Positions 1 to 11,631 of a stretch of DNA of 64,000 bases are shown piece by piece. The notes under the pieces were generated by a model. The model was not told where the DNA came from. It was given only the letters and a program-made list of their open reading frames with translations, and did no database searches. A program made the translations under genes and the position numbers. How positions within the stretch are numbered: the stretch's first letter is position 1; each line of letters begins with the position of its first letter. This stretch comes from Octopus sinensis. Lineage: Eukaryota. The stretch is from the NCBI RefSeq assembly GCF_006345805.1, contig NC_043010.1, forward strand, positions 47,554,001 to 47,618,000, given 5' to 3'.

Positions 1-350
1 CACGTGGTCAGCTGAAGGTAGAGGAACGATGGATGAGAGGAAAAGGAAAGAGAGAAGTGTTAACGACGTGCAGTGGGGTGGAGGAATATACTTATTACCT
101 GGTTAAAAGTTAGCTGAAGGGAAAGGTAGAAAGAGAGATGGACAGGGGAGGCAGTTATATTGGGAGAGAGAGAGAAAGAGAGAGAGGCAGATAGCAGTGG
201 TGGTGGTGGTGATGCGTATTTTTTTAATGAATTCTTTTGCAGCGATTATCGCATACGCATAAGTGCAATTATTTATCGTCTGCTCGCTTAAGAAATTGAT
301 ATTTGTTTATAAGGGTTAATTTAGCCTAAACTTTGGATTCGTAAGAAACA

Positions 351-880
351 TCGGGCAAGACTTCCTATTGTACCCCACCCAAAAAACACCCACTTTTTTT
401 AATATTTAATTTTATCTTTCTACGCAAATCCCCGTTTTCGGCTACGGAGAATACGAATCTGCAAAAAAAAAATAAAAATAAAATAAACAAAAAAAAAACC
501 AAGGCAAAAATCGGTATTTGGAAATTACCCTCCTAATTTCTTCATTTTTAACTTTTTTCAGAAATTTTTTCAAAATATGCGGAAAAACACGGAGATTATG
601 ATTCTGAAAAAAATTTCCCAAAATTTTTGTGGTTAGGGTTGGGGTTTTAGGGTTAGGGTTTTAGGGTTAGTGTTTTAGGGTTAGGTTTAGGGAAAAAGTG
701 AAAAAAATGAAGAAATTGGGAGGGTGGGGTTAGGGTTAGGAGGGGCTGAAATTTCAAAATGCCGATTTTTGGCAATTTTCCGGAATCTCCGTATCCGAAA
801 ATGGGGGTTTTGAGGAAAAAAAAGTTGCGAGAAAATGGGGGTGGGGTGACGGGAGGAAGTCTTTCCAAATACCGTTGCAA
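351..880. mobile_element. Old long-TIR foldback element with a TTAGGG-like core
   Basis: Diverged inverted arms ~351-555 and ~695-880, e.g. CCCCGTTTTCGGCTACGGAGA vs TCTCCGTATCCGAAAATGGGG. Degenerate (GGTTAG)n at 630-742. Confidence 0.6.
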
Positions 881-1318
881 GCTGCCCGAGAAAAGTTGCG
901 CAAATATGGAGCACAGGTCAGAGGGGAACGGCGAGAAAATAGAAATAGAGAACAATGACAACACCGACGGAGATGTGAGGAAATGAATGTAGACGAACGT
1001 CAAGAATATTTAAAGAAAGCTGAACTATGAATGCTAAAGAAAATGCATATCATCCTTTCTTTCTAAATAAGTCCTCTTAATTTTTCTATTCCGTGGATTC
1101 TACACGTCTCCTACTAGTTTTAATTATGCAAAACACCCAATGCTTATACGTATCCTTTATTCTTTTTATATACGTCGAAGTCTTATGTATGGTTCCAGTC
1201 AATATAGAACAATAGCGGTGCTGATGATGGCTATCAAGACAGAAACGTGTTTACAACTGTCTGCTTACCTTAAGAAAAAAAAACCCATTTATGGCATCTT
1301 ACTTCAGGAAAATTGTTG

Positions 1319-1770
1319 GGATCTTTTCCTTTTGAACGGCACTTTTCAACACAATTTCTAGTTAACTAAACACTTTTAAACTTCGTATACTGGTAGAATG
1401 TGTCAAAATAAAACTTTTTTTTTTCTTGGCTTTCTTGAGAAAATTGTAATTTGTTTGTTTAACGTAGTTTAAATTTTCGAATTTTAACCAATCCAATGCC
1501 CTCTATTTAGCTAAAATCATTTGCTGCGTCTAAAACAGACAACATCCTGTCACTAACCCTAATCCTCACCCTAACCCTAAATTTTAGCCTTTCGTTTTTT
1601 TTTCTTAATTGTTAAATTAAACTACGTTAAACTTACAAATTACAATTTTCTCAAGAAAGCCAAGAGAAAAAAATGTTTTATTTTGACACATTCTACTAGT
1701 ATACGAAGTTTAAAAGTGTTTAGTTAACTAGAAATTGTGTTGAAAACTTCCATTCAAAAGGAAAAGATCC
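1319..1770. mobile_element. Long-TIR MITE (MULE-like) with a CCCTAA core
   Basis: ~155-bp inverted arms, GGATC...GATCC ends, perfect 8-bp TSD AATTGTTG (1311-1318, 1771-1778), CTAACC repeats at 1553-1580. Confidence 0.85.
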
Positions 1771-2229
1771 AATTGTTGAATCCATTAGATTATCTCCTAT
1801 TCTTATTCGGAGGCGGTAGTAATTGCCACTAAGCATTTGTTTATCTTCTCCCGGAGCAATAAATCAAGAATTTACCTTGTGTTTTATTTAATATAACTTT
1901 TTTCGTCTTTATTGTGTAAATTCATGCAGCTGGTCATGTGTGCGTTAATAATATAAGCGTAGCTGTGTGGTAAGAAGTTTGCTACCCAACCACATGGTTC
2001 CGGTATCAGTCCCACTGCACGGCACATTGGGAAGATGTCTTCTACTATAGCTCCAGGTCGACAAAATCCGTGCAAGTGGATGTAGTAGACGGTGTATAAT
2101 ATATGTGTGTGTGTGTCTTTGTGTTTGTTACCACCTCCTCTTGACACTAATGTTTGTCTGTTTACGTTCTTCTGACTTAGCTGTTTGGCAAAAGTGACCC
2201 AAAGAAGCACTGGAGTCGAATTGTTTGGC

Positions 2230-2280
2230 TATACACACACACACACACAGACACACACACACACACATATACATACATGT

Positions 2281-2325
<45 letters not shown>

Positions 2326-2332
2326 CATACAT

Positions 2333-2371
<39 letters not shown>

Positions 2372-2429
2372 CACATATATACATACATTATATACATTCA
2401 TTATATACATACATTATATACATATATAT

Positions 2430-2479
<50 letters not shown>

Positions 2480-2520
2480 CATATACATACACATATGTAC
2501 ATACATACATATATATATAA
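2230..2520. repeat. Compound (CA)n/(TA)n microsatellite
   Basis: Read directly. Similar tracts at 2760, 5480, 14980, 21530, 32690, 42890, 44320, 45495 and 52750. Confidence 0.95.
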
Positions 2521-2758
2521 ATACATATGTAGGTATGCATATGGACATGCATCCGTCTGGTAGGTATAAAATGTCAGTTAACGACAGTAACAAGATCCAT
2601 CCAAGTCATCTGGTGCTAAATGCAGACACGACGCGCATAAATAGATAATGATAACAACAACAAAACAATTGACATTGATAAGTCACCAATAACTTGACAG
2701 AACAAAAAGATAACATATATCACAAGAGCAACAAAAGAATACTCGAGTGCGCGCGTAA

Positions 2759-2824
<66 letters not shown>

Positions 2825-3106
2825 ACATACATACACACACATACATGCACACACTGTACCGACACACACGGTAAGGTGGACAAAGGAAACGAGTATTCAA
2901 AATTTGGGTCGTTGTTAGGGTATTTGTTTTAAGAGTTTGTGGACATTCGCTTAAAAGTCATTGGCTGAAACTCAGGTATAGTTGCTTTGGATACTATCAT
3001 CTGTAGTGGAAGTTACCCAAGAACCCTGAATGATCAAATCATGTTTTTGTGAAACTTTAAAGTAACGCAGATTTAAGTAACAAACTGTTAACATACATAG
3101 ATATAT

Positions 3107-3158
<52 letters not shown>

Positions 3159-4099
3159 ATGCATACGTGCACGCGCGTGTCTGTGTGGCAAGAAGCTTGC
3201 TTCCTAACCATATCGTTCCGGTTTAGGTCCCACTGCGCTGGCACCTTGGCCAAGTGTCTTCTGCAATAGCGTTGGGCCGACCAAAGCCTTGTGAGTGGAC
3301 TTGGTAGACAAAAACTTAAAGGAGCCCGTCATATATATATATATACACACATTAAATATATATATATTAAACTACTTTTTTGATCGTTGGGTGCCACTGA
3401 CGGTTCAGGTTATAAAACGTTGAGGTTGATTTCAACATTGCATTGAAATGAAAGTTAATTTTTATGATGATTCAGTTAAATACCTCAGTTCGTTCGTGTC
3501 ATCATAGGTCTGGTTTACAAGTTCATGTTTAAGGTTTTATTGATTATTTACAGGATCTAATAGAAATAGAACTTACGGGATAAACGTGAACTCCAGTAAC
3601 AGCATTTCTTAATGGCATGTACGCACACACTTCTACAAAAATGGGAAAGGAATTGTTATATAACGTAAGCAGAAAATGAATGGAAACAAATTTTCCCATT
3701 TCAAGGTTATGTTACTTTCGGAGTATTTTCCCATCATGCACCGTTTTGGTTATTTATGAATGTATCCCCCCCTAACCCACCCACCCCCCAAAAAACAGCG
3801 TATCTCGGAAATCTATTTTACGCGAAACTTGTTTTATTCCGTTTGTATTCACATTTCAAGGGTACCTTACTTTTAAAGTATTTTCCCCATTATGCGCCGG
3901 TTTGGCTGTTTTAAATTACAGACAAACATGTACGCCAGCAAGCACACAAACAAAACTGGCATATCTATAGATGTGTACCCCCCACCGACTTTGTTGCCTC
4001 ATAACTTCCAGAAAAATGGATACTTTTTAACGAAATTTTCAACAAATACAGCTAGTATGCTGTGGATTCAAGGTATATAGGGATTTTATAGGAAATAAT

Positions 4100-4974
4100 T
4101 TTTTCGAGTGGGTAGGAAGAGTAGTTTCGGATGGAAAAAATGATAATCAGATGGGGCAATGTCCGGCGAATATGGTGGGTAGGGCATCGTTTCCCATTCA
4201 AACTGCTAGCCTTTGGAATGTCATCCTCACTGTGTGTGGCCGAGCATTATCCTGATAGAAGAAAACCTTTCGTCTTGGAACCAAAGATGATCGTTATTCT
4301 TCTAGCGCTGACTTAAGCCGCTCAGGCTGCTCACAGTAGATCTCTTTTTTTATTGTTTGGTTTGGTTTTAAAAGTTCAAAGAGGGCTAAACCTTTCATAT
4401 CCCACCAAAAAGAGTGCCGTTTTTTTTTCTCCTTTCCCTACCCGCTGTCTTCGGCGCTTTGACATTTTTATGGAGAACCTATTTCTCGTTACCAGTCACT
4501 ATTCAGTCCAAAAACAAAGCTCATTCATGAGACGTGACAGCAAAGAAGAGCAAACGTTCACTCTCTTTGCAGGACGTCCTTGTCGAGCTCTGCAGATCTT
4601 CCAGGATGAGGCTCGTCTTCTAGGCTATAGTTTCTGGCTTGGAATTTCTGAAACTACTGTTGACACTGGCTTACTCTTATTGTCCGATCCTCATATACTG
4701 CATTAATATTCCTCGCACTTTCCGTTGCGTTATTGCCTTTATTGAACTCATAAAGCAAAATATGCCGAATATGCTCCTTTATCACTTCGATTATAGCTTT
4801 TAAAAAATAACTGTGAAAATCGAACCGAACTCTTCAAATCTTACACTAAGAATAAGCACAAGGTAAAATTATTACCTGCTTTTTAGCAAGTTGATGCAGG
4901 TAGTTTATCCCGTTCCCCTCCGACTTTTTAGTTCATGCAATTGAAAAAGCCGCATTATTTATAGGATGACCCAA
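4100..4974 (-). pseudogene. mariner transposase remnant (N- and C-terminal pieces) with 5' TIR
   Basis: IRHILLYEFNKGNNATESARNINAVY...LEDEPHPGRS (4545-4780), QDNARPH...PPYSPDIAPSDY (4100-4330), TIR ending at TA 4975. Confidence 0.8.
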
Positions 4975-5492
4975 TACACGTACACGTACTTTTGTCCCAT
5001 TTTCTATCGAAAATAATATAAGTTTTTGTCTTATGTATGATAAATGTTTTAAAGTTACTGCAGATCCAGCAAATACATTCCCTCTGATTTTTTTTTCTCT
5101 ATTCTTTATAACATTTGTTTGTATTAGAACTGTTTCGTTGTTCCTGATGGGCTCTGTCCATTCAGTACGTGATTTAATTTTGAAATATATTTGACATTCG
5201 AAACCCTGTTTATTCAGTCTCGAAAATATCTAACAAACACATTGTAAAAGAGTACGTAAAACGAAACGTAAGAAGTGAAATGAAAATAAAATGGAGGGAA
5301 ATGAATTGCCGAAATGGAATCGACGTGGGGTAGGCATCACTATGTTGTTAAGAATTTCACTTTGTAACCACAAAGTTTCGAGTTCAGTCCCACTGGGCCG
5401 CACCTTGAGCAAGTGTCTTCCACTATAGACGCGGATCGACCAATGCCTTGTGAGTGAATTTGGTGGACAAAAACTATGTGGAAGTCCATCGA

Positions 5493-5524
<32 letters not shown>

Positions 5525-5535
5525 GTGTGTGTGTG

Positions 5536-5568
<33 letters not shown>

Positions 5569-6067
5569 CTGTGTGTGTGTATGTGTGTGTGTGTGTGTGT
5601 ATATGAGATCCCTGTGAGAAGCTTACAAATTCTGTATCTAGGTTATGGGGTTCACACTGAGACACTTGACAGAGTACCTGAACACCAGTCTGGAAAAGTT
5701 GAGATTCATAAATATGGAACAGCTAGTAACTGGTTCTCACACTGTCAGTGTGTATGAATGAAATCGTTTCTGGAAATTCAGGTTCTAAAATATCTCAGCT
5801 GTTTTGCTTTTTTTTTTTGCTTATAGGAAATGGGAACAAATTATTAAAGTAAGCAAATACGAGCGTGTGCGCGCGCGCGCGCACACACACACACCACACA
5901 CACACACACACATTGTTAACATTTCATGCGTACATATATGGTCAAAATAACTCATGCATATACATTTAGTTAACGTTTCCACCCGATGTCTCTGGTTAAC
6001 CGGCTGGATATTTATAATTTCTAGGAGAACCTTTACTACCACCACCGCCATTTCTTTCACCCTTTCC

Positions 6068-6099
<32 letters not shown>

Positions 6100-6856
6100 C
6101 AACAACAGTAATGCCAACGACAACAAAATTTAGTATTCTTATGGTGATCACTTGTCTAGCTGGTGTAAACGTTTATATCAAATGCCTGTGTAAAGATTAT
6201 CTCCTACGGCGATCGCCACAATCAGCTGACAAGTTAAAAACTATAATGGCTGATTCTCTAAGTTATATCACCGAATGCTTGGCCTTAAACACAGTGAAAG
6301 ACATGCAAGCAAATTTGATATCGTGGCCTTTTTATTCTTTTACTTGTTTCAGTCATTTGACTGGTCATGCTGGAGCACCACCTTGCAGTCGAAGAAATCG
6401 ACCCCTGGACTTATTTTTTTTTTTATAAGTCTGGTGCTTATTCTATCGGTCTCTTCTGCCGAACCGCTAAGTTACGTGGACGTAAACACACCAACCTCGG
6501 TTGTCAAGAGATGGTGGTGGTGGTGGTAGTGAGGGACAAACACTCAAACACACACACACACACACACACACTTGCACACACACTCACATAGATATACGAC
6601 AGGCATCTTTCCGTTTCAATATACCAAATCTACTCACAAGGCTTTGGTCGGGCCGAGGCTGTAGTAGAAGACACTTGTCCAAGATTCCACGCAGCAGGAC
6701 TACATTGGTTATTCAATACTTTATCAACCATTTATCATTTTTGCCTCTAACTCATACCTATATATTCACGTGAGGCAGATTTTAAATCTTGTTACATCGC
6801 CATAATTATTCAAGTTCCCCCTCCCCCAGTAAACACACTCCGAATTAAGTGGTGAT

Positions 6857-6951
6857 ACTCCGACGGCCGTTCAAGAGTACAGTAATCCATACAAATAAAG
6901 TATGTTCCTATCGAAATTTTAGACACTGTCTCCTTCATCAGGGGGGAGTGT
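6857..6951 (-). ncRNA. Minimal type I hammerhead ribozyme in PLE terminal repeat, copy 1 (GAAA reduced to GAA)
   Basis: Minus strand reads CTGATGA-aggagacagt...actgtactctt-GAAC-GGCC-GTC-ggagt. Confidence 0.65.
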
Positions 6952-7278
6952 ATTGGTTAAGGATTCACATCTCATATATTGTCATAATTAGTAAATGAGT
7001 GTTTGGTTTTATAAAGAGCTACACGTGTTAGCAAGAAGAGGAAATATTATAGCAAGAATTGTGAGAAGTAAATTTAGAAAATATGGTAGATTATAAGCAA
7101 GGGATTATTCACTCGTAACTTTCGGAGATATTGGTGTTTTTTTTTTAATGAAATTTTCTACGAATACTTTTTAGATGGTGTAGATTACGATTATATTGGA
7201 ATTTAATGTGAAAGAAAAAAACAAATGGTTTCCAATGATTAGATGGAGGTACTCCAATTTCAAGAATTAAGTGGTGAT

Positions 7279-7352
7279 ACTCCGACGGCCGTTTCAAGAG
7301 TACAGTAATCCATACAAATTTTAGACACTGCCTCCTTCATCCGGGGGAATGT
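7279..7352 (-). ncRNA. Minimal type I hammerhead ribozyme in PLE terminal repeat, copy 2 (core mutated to CGGATGA)
   Basis: Minus strand reads CGGATGA-aggaggcagt...actgtactctt-GAAAC-GGCC-GTC-ggagt, with palindrome ACGGCCGT. Confidence 0.65.
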
Positions 7353-8513
7353 ATTGGTTAAGGATTAATATCTTATATATTGTCATAATTAGTAAATGAG
7401 TGTTTGGTTTTATAAAGAGCTACACGTGTTAGCAAGAAGAGGAAATATTATAGCAAGAATTGTGGGAAGTAAATTTAGAAAATATTGTAGATTATAAGCA
7501 AGGGATTATTCACTAAGAGGAAGGTGATGAGGATGCGACTAAAAATATTAAGTGGAATGTAACTAATTATAATGTTTAATGATCAGCCTAACCAGATTGA
7601 TCAAAATGCTTAATTGCTTAATGGTATCTATGGTTACAAGAATGTATATTATTCGGAGGGGCTTCAGGTATTATAGACCAAGATAATGAATACTGTATAT
7701 TCTTTAGCTTAAGTTCGTGTATATATGTGGCTAGCGTTGTTGTGAATTTAACCCTATACAGACGCTTAAAATCAGTAGTACTTCCTACCGTCTGTGCGGC
7801 AGGAATCTCTCTACACAGCACTTATATACTACATTTCTGCGCAGACAGGATCCAGCAAGTGGGCATGAGTCCAGGATGCGACAATTACATGCTTCTTGCA
7901 TCAGCATTAATCTTCCGTTTAACTGAGGTCAGAGCACCCTCAACTGGTAGAAGGTGCCCTGGTGTTTCATTTTAATTAGAAGTAGTATGGGTTTTTGAGT
8001 TATGGGTACAATACAAAGATTTAGGTGGGTAGACGTCTTAAGTCTAAGTTTGGATCTATTAATGGAGGCTATAATCGATCTTTAATTTGGTGTAGTGGAA
8101 TACGAAAGTTTCACAGGCGACTTGTTGAAGATAAAATAATATTTATGATGTTTTGGAAAGTTTTCTTTCAAAATTTTAACGAATAGTTTTGGTAATAATC
8201 TAACCTAAATAGAGAAGGGCGGGGCGAACCATATAATTTCACGTTTCCTGGATTTTAAAATATTTGGTTTCATTAAGTAGGCTGAAGTTATGCGATTTAT
8301 ACGTATGGTAATTCCTAAATGACACATTATTTATTTGGGCGTTATCCGTAAATGTTTTTTTAAATCTATTTAATTGGTTTATTTAAAGAGGTGGCCATAG
8401 TATCAGATTGTGAGTTAGTTCTCGTGAAGAGATTGGAATTTTAATTTTGAGTATTGTATCAGGGATATAGACTAGCTCATCTTTGAAGCCTCTTAATTTT
8501 AGAGCTTGATTAT

Positions 8514-9194
8514 CTGTAGCGGCTCGTGTATAGATACTGCAAAACTGCAGCACCCCCTATTTCCACACGATATAATCGATAACAGTCAGTATAATGAGTC
8601 CTTTTTTCTTTAATTCTTTCTTTATACTTGTACATTATATATCCTTAAGATTAATGTCAGTAGATATCTAGTTTATCAAAAAATACAAAAATCCTTGTAT
8701 AGAACTGTGTGCTTCACAGTTCCAGCGACGTAGTGTTTGGCTGTTGTGCGCATGCTCACATGTCCGAGATAGGAAGCTTCACACTAGGGGCAGACAGCAC
8801 TGTTGTTCACGCAGTGCCGGTGAAAGGTAGTGTTTCTTTTTTACTCTGCGTGTGTTGTACTTAAAAACGTGTTTATATTCTTGAATGTGATTAAGTGTAG
8901 AATTAGATTATTATCCTCCTTCCAGCTTCAGCGTTCTTGTCAGGATTTGAAAAATGGGGAAGATTTTCCCACTTCTTTTATAATTTAGGGATTTTTGAAA
9001 AACAAGGGGGAATTCGCGGCGATGTTCAGTGAACAAATTAAACACACCACCCAGCAGTGGCTAAAATACGAACCGATCAAGTTTATGTATGAATATTCTT
9101 TGTATATGTTTGTTTCCTTTTATACAAAATTAAAACAACGGCTAAAACATTTTAAAGCAACACCCCAACTAATTTTATCTACGAGCCGCCACTG
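8514..9194. mobile_element. Non-autonomous hAT element inserted in the PLE ORF
   Basis: TIRs CTGTAGCGGCTCGTG and RC CAGTGGCGGCTCGTA. 8-bp TSD TTGATTAT (8506-8513) / TTGGTTAT (9195-9202). Excision restores the PLE frame (APYYNQ|ALKLRGFK). Confidence 0.85.
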
Positions 9195-10199
9195 TTGGTT
9201 ATAATATGGAGCATGAGTATTGAATATCTACTCATTGGCAGATAAGTTTGAAATTTTAATAGAAATGGCATGTTACCATGTTATTGAGGGTTGATCTAGG
9301 ATGATTAGAGAGAACATTTAAGTACTGAAGGGTTTGGTTGGTTTTCCTATATGGATAGTGAAGATTACTGTTAAGATTAAGTATGACATCAAAGGAGTTG
9401 GCTACTTTATCCATTTCAAATACAATATTTAAATTATGATTTTTAAAGAATTTTATCAAAGATTTCTTAGTACATTCAGTCTCTGGACGGAATAAATTTT
9501 TAGTTGTGAAAAGTGCATCGTCTCTATAGAAACCACCGAAGATGTTGGGAAAATATCGCTTTATTTGTGAGAGGAGAAATAAACCCACAAGGTCTCTTAT
9601 TTGGGCTGAGGCAGATGAGCCCATTGTTATATCCAAAAAATTTGAGGATGCGTTTCGAGTCCAGTTATTATCATTAAAGTTGACGAGAGTTTTTCTAGCT
9701 GCCAAGATTAGGTCTATATCACATGCAGAAAATGGTTGCATAGTTTCGGGCAAAGGTTAATGCTTTACCCAATAGGATGGGAGATATTGATGCATAAAAA
9801 TAAGATACATGAAACTGAATGAAATTAATGTTTGTCGTTGAGGGAGTGAAACCACGTGATTAAAACACCAGTAGAATTCCAAACAAAAATATTATATATG
9901 TATTTATATATATATATACACGCACACGCACACACACTCAGCTGGGTGGCGTCATTTGAAGGCTAAAACAATGCAAAAGCGCATTGTGACCAGCGATGTA
10001 TAACAGCATCTGATAGCCTGGTCGGTCATGTGATGTGTGTGTGTGCTGTATGTATAGGCGCCTACGGTGTTTTGTTTTAGCATTGAATTCCGATATAATA
10101 GTCTACACCAACTGAAGGTATTTGTAGAAAATTTCATCAAAAATATCTATTTTCCCGAATGTTATGAAAAAACAAAGCCGGGAGGGGGTGGAATACATG

Positions 10200-10835
10200 C
10201 CACTACAAATATATCGTGTCTTCGTCATGGTTTATAACTTTTTTATGTTGAAGATTGACTGGTTTCGTTGGTGCATTAACAGACGTGTGGATGTGTAAGT
10301 GTGTGCGTCTGTAATGTGTGGGTGTGTGGATGATGATGTGGGTGCTAGAAAGTGGTCAGCACTTGTGTGTGCGGTATGGTGGTGTGGTGACGTTGGGATG
10401 TGGGGGGTGCGGAGATATGATGGTGGGGTGAGGATGTGGGTGTAGGGGTGGGGTATGTGGGAGTGGGACGTGTAGGGTGGGGTGGGGTGGAGTGGTGGGA
10501 TTTGGATATATTGGGATGTGTAGGGTGGGATGTGGATGGAGGGGTAACGATGAAGGGAGAAGGTGGGTAGGAGTGAAAAGAGGAAGTTGGTGTGAGAGGA
10601 GAGAGGAGAGGAGTCAGATAAAGAGGGGAGGGGAGTTAAGCCCATGTGGCGCAAAGGAGCGAAGACAGAAGATTAATTTCTGTTCACGGCGAAAGCGAGA
10701 GTCCAGATGGCTCCTGTGCAAAGACAATCCAAACACTGACAGGTGTTGTAATGAATGACCGGTAGAGCGGAAATGGCGCGAGACTGGAGTGTCGTTGCTG
10801 GGATTAATGCCTCGGAGGTGTTCCGCGAACCGATG
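10200..10835 (-). mobile_element. Second PLE fragment: GIY-YIG C-terminus plus 3' low-complexity tail
   Basis: HRFAEHLRGI..DTPVSRHF.STGH...RFRREQKLIFCL.SFAPHGLN (ORF 10614-10865) matches PLE endonuclease C-termini. Confidence 0.75.
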
Positions 10836-11214
10836 AATTCTGTAAATGTTGTGCCAATTTGTCAAGTTTTGCAGTATAGTTCAGTAACTCAACATTGTGT
10901 CCGCGATATAACGATGATTTCTGTTCATTATCTCCGCGAAAAGCAAGTTCCTGTTTAATTAAGAAACAAGTAGCACAAATCAGTTGTTTTAGTATATCTC
11001 TGGTCTCTTTAACCTTTTTATTGTGAACTTCAATGCTGACAGACTTCTGTTTATCTAAGAGCAAGACGATTCGTGTAGATCCAAATATTTTCAATGATAT
11101 TTGGCTTTCATAATGTGCTGATCGTTCGTGTTTACTTAAAGCACTGGGCAAATTATTTAAATCACAATATCCTTCTTTTACCCACACGCTTTCATTAGAT
11201 ACAGAAAATAGCAA
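10836..11214 (-). pseudogene. hAT transposase fragment (ZMYM1/DUF4371-like)
   Basis: W.KEGYCDLNNL..ALSKHE.S.H and FLIKQELAFRGDNE..SSL.RG...ELL motifs in ORF 10804-11214. Confidence 0.75.
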
Positions 11215-11576
11215 ACATGGGAAACAAAAGAGCCTTTTTGTTATAGTACAACTTCACAACTACTCTTTCTTGCTGTACCAAGCAGTTTGAAATGTTCTGA
11301 TAATTTTTGTCGCTTTCTGTTGTTTTAGGTTCTCAAGTTCTGTGGTGTTATAAAATGTCGTTTACAAAAAGTGACAAAAAGAAAAATGATAATGTTAAAT
11401 TTTTGTAGTACAAATATGTGAATGAAAATATAGTTTAGTTGGTAGCCAAAAACTACCTAAATCTTTTGATACCCCTTATGTCAAAATCGGCAACTTGGCT
11501 TTGGAATGCATAAGGAACATACACACTCACACAAACACACATACAAACTCTCTTTTATAGTTAAAGATACATTTCA

Positions 11577-11631
<55 letters not shown>

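Larger units (their letters stand above)
6842..9812 (-). mobile_element. Degenerate Penelope-like retroelement (RT, linker, GIY-YIG, tandem terminal repeats with HHR)
   Basis: RT at 9256-9812: FYASIS, LDITMGS, GFYRDDAL, SNHP. Linker at 8040-8510: RKREIIWFAPPFS, FPKHHK. GIY-YIG at 7600-7900: CNCR..CPLAGSCL..VVYK, LATYIHELKLKNIQYSLSWSII. Direct repeats at 6842-7113 and 7264-7514 lie 3' of the ORF. Stops and frameshifts present. Confidence 0.88.

Noticed and set aside
630-742. Possible true telomere or chromosome fusion site
   Set aside because: Short, degenerate and enclosed by TE-like inverted arms.
653-1003. ORFs of 73-116 aa near the window start
   Set aside because: They lie across the inverted arms and TTAGGG core of a foldback element and show no protein motif.
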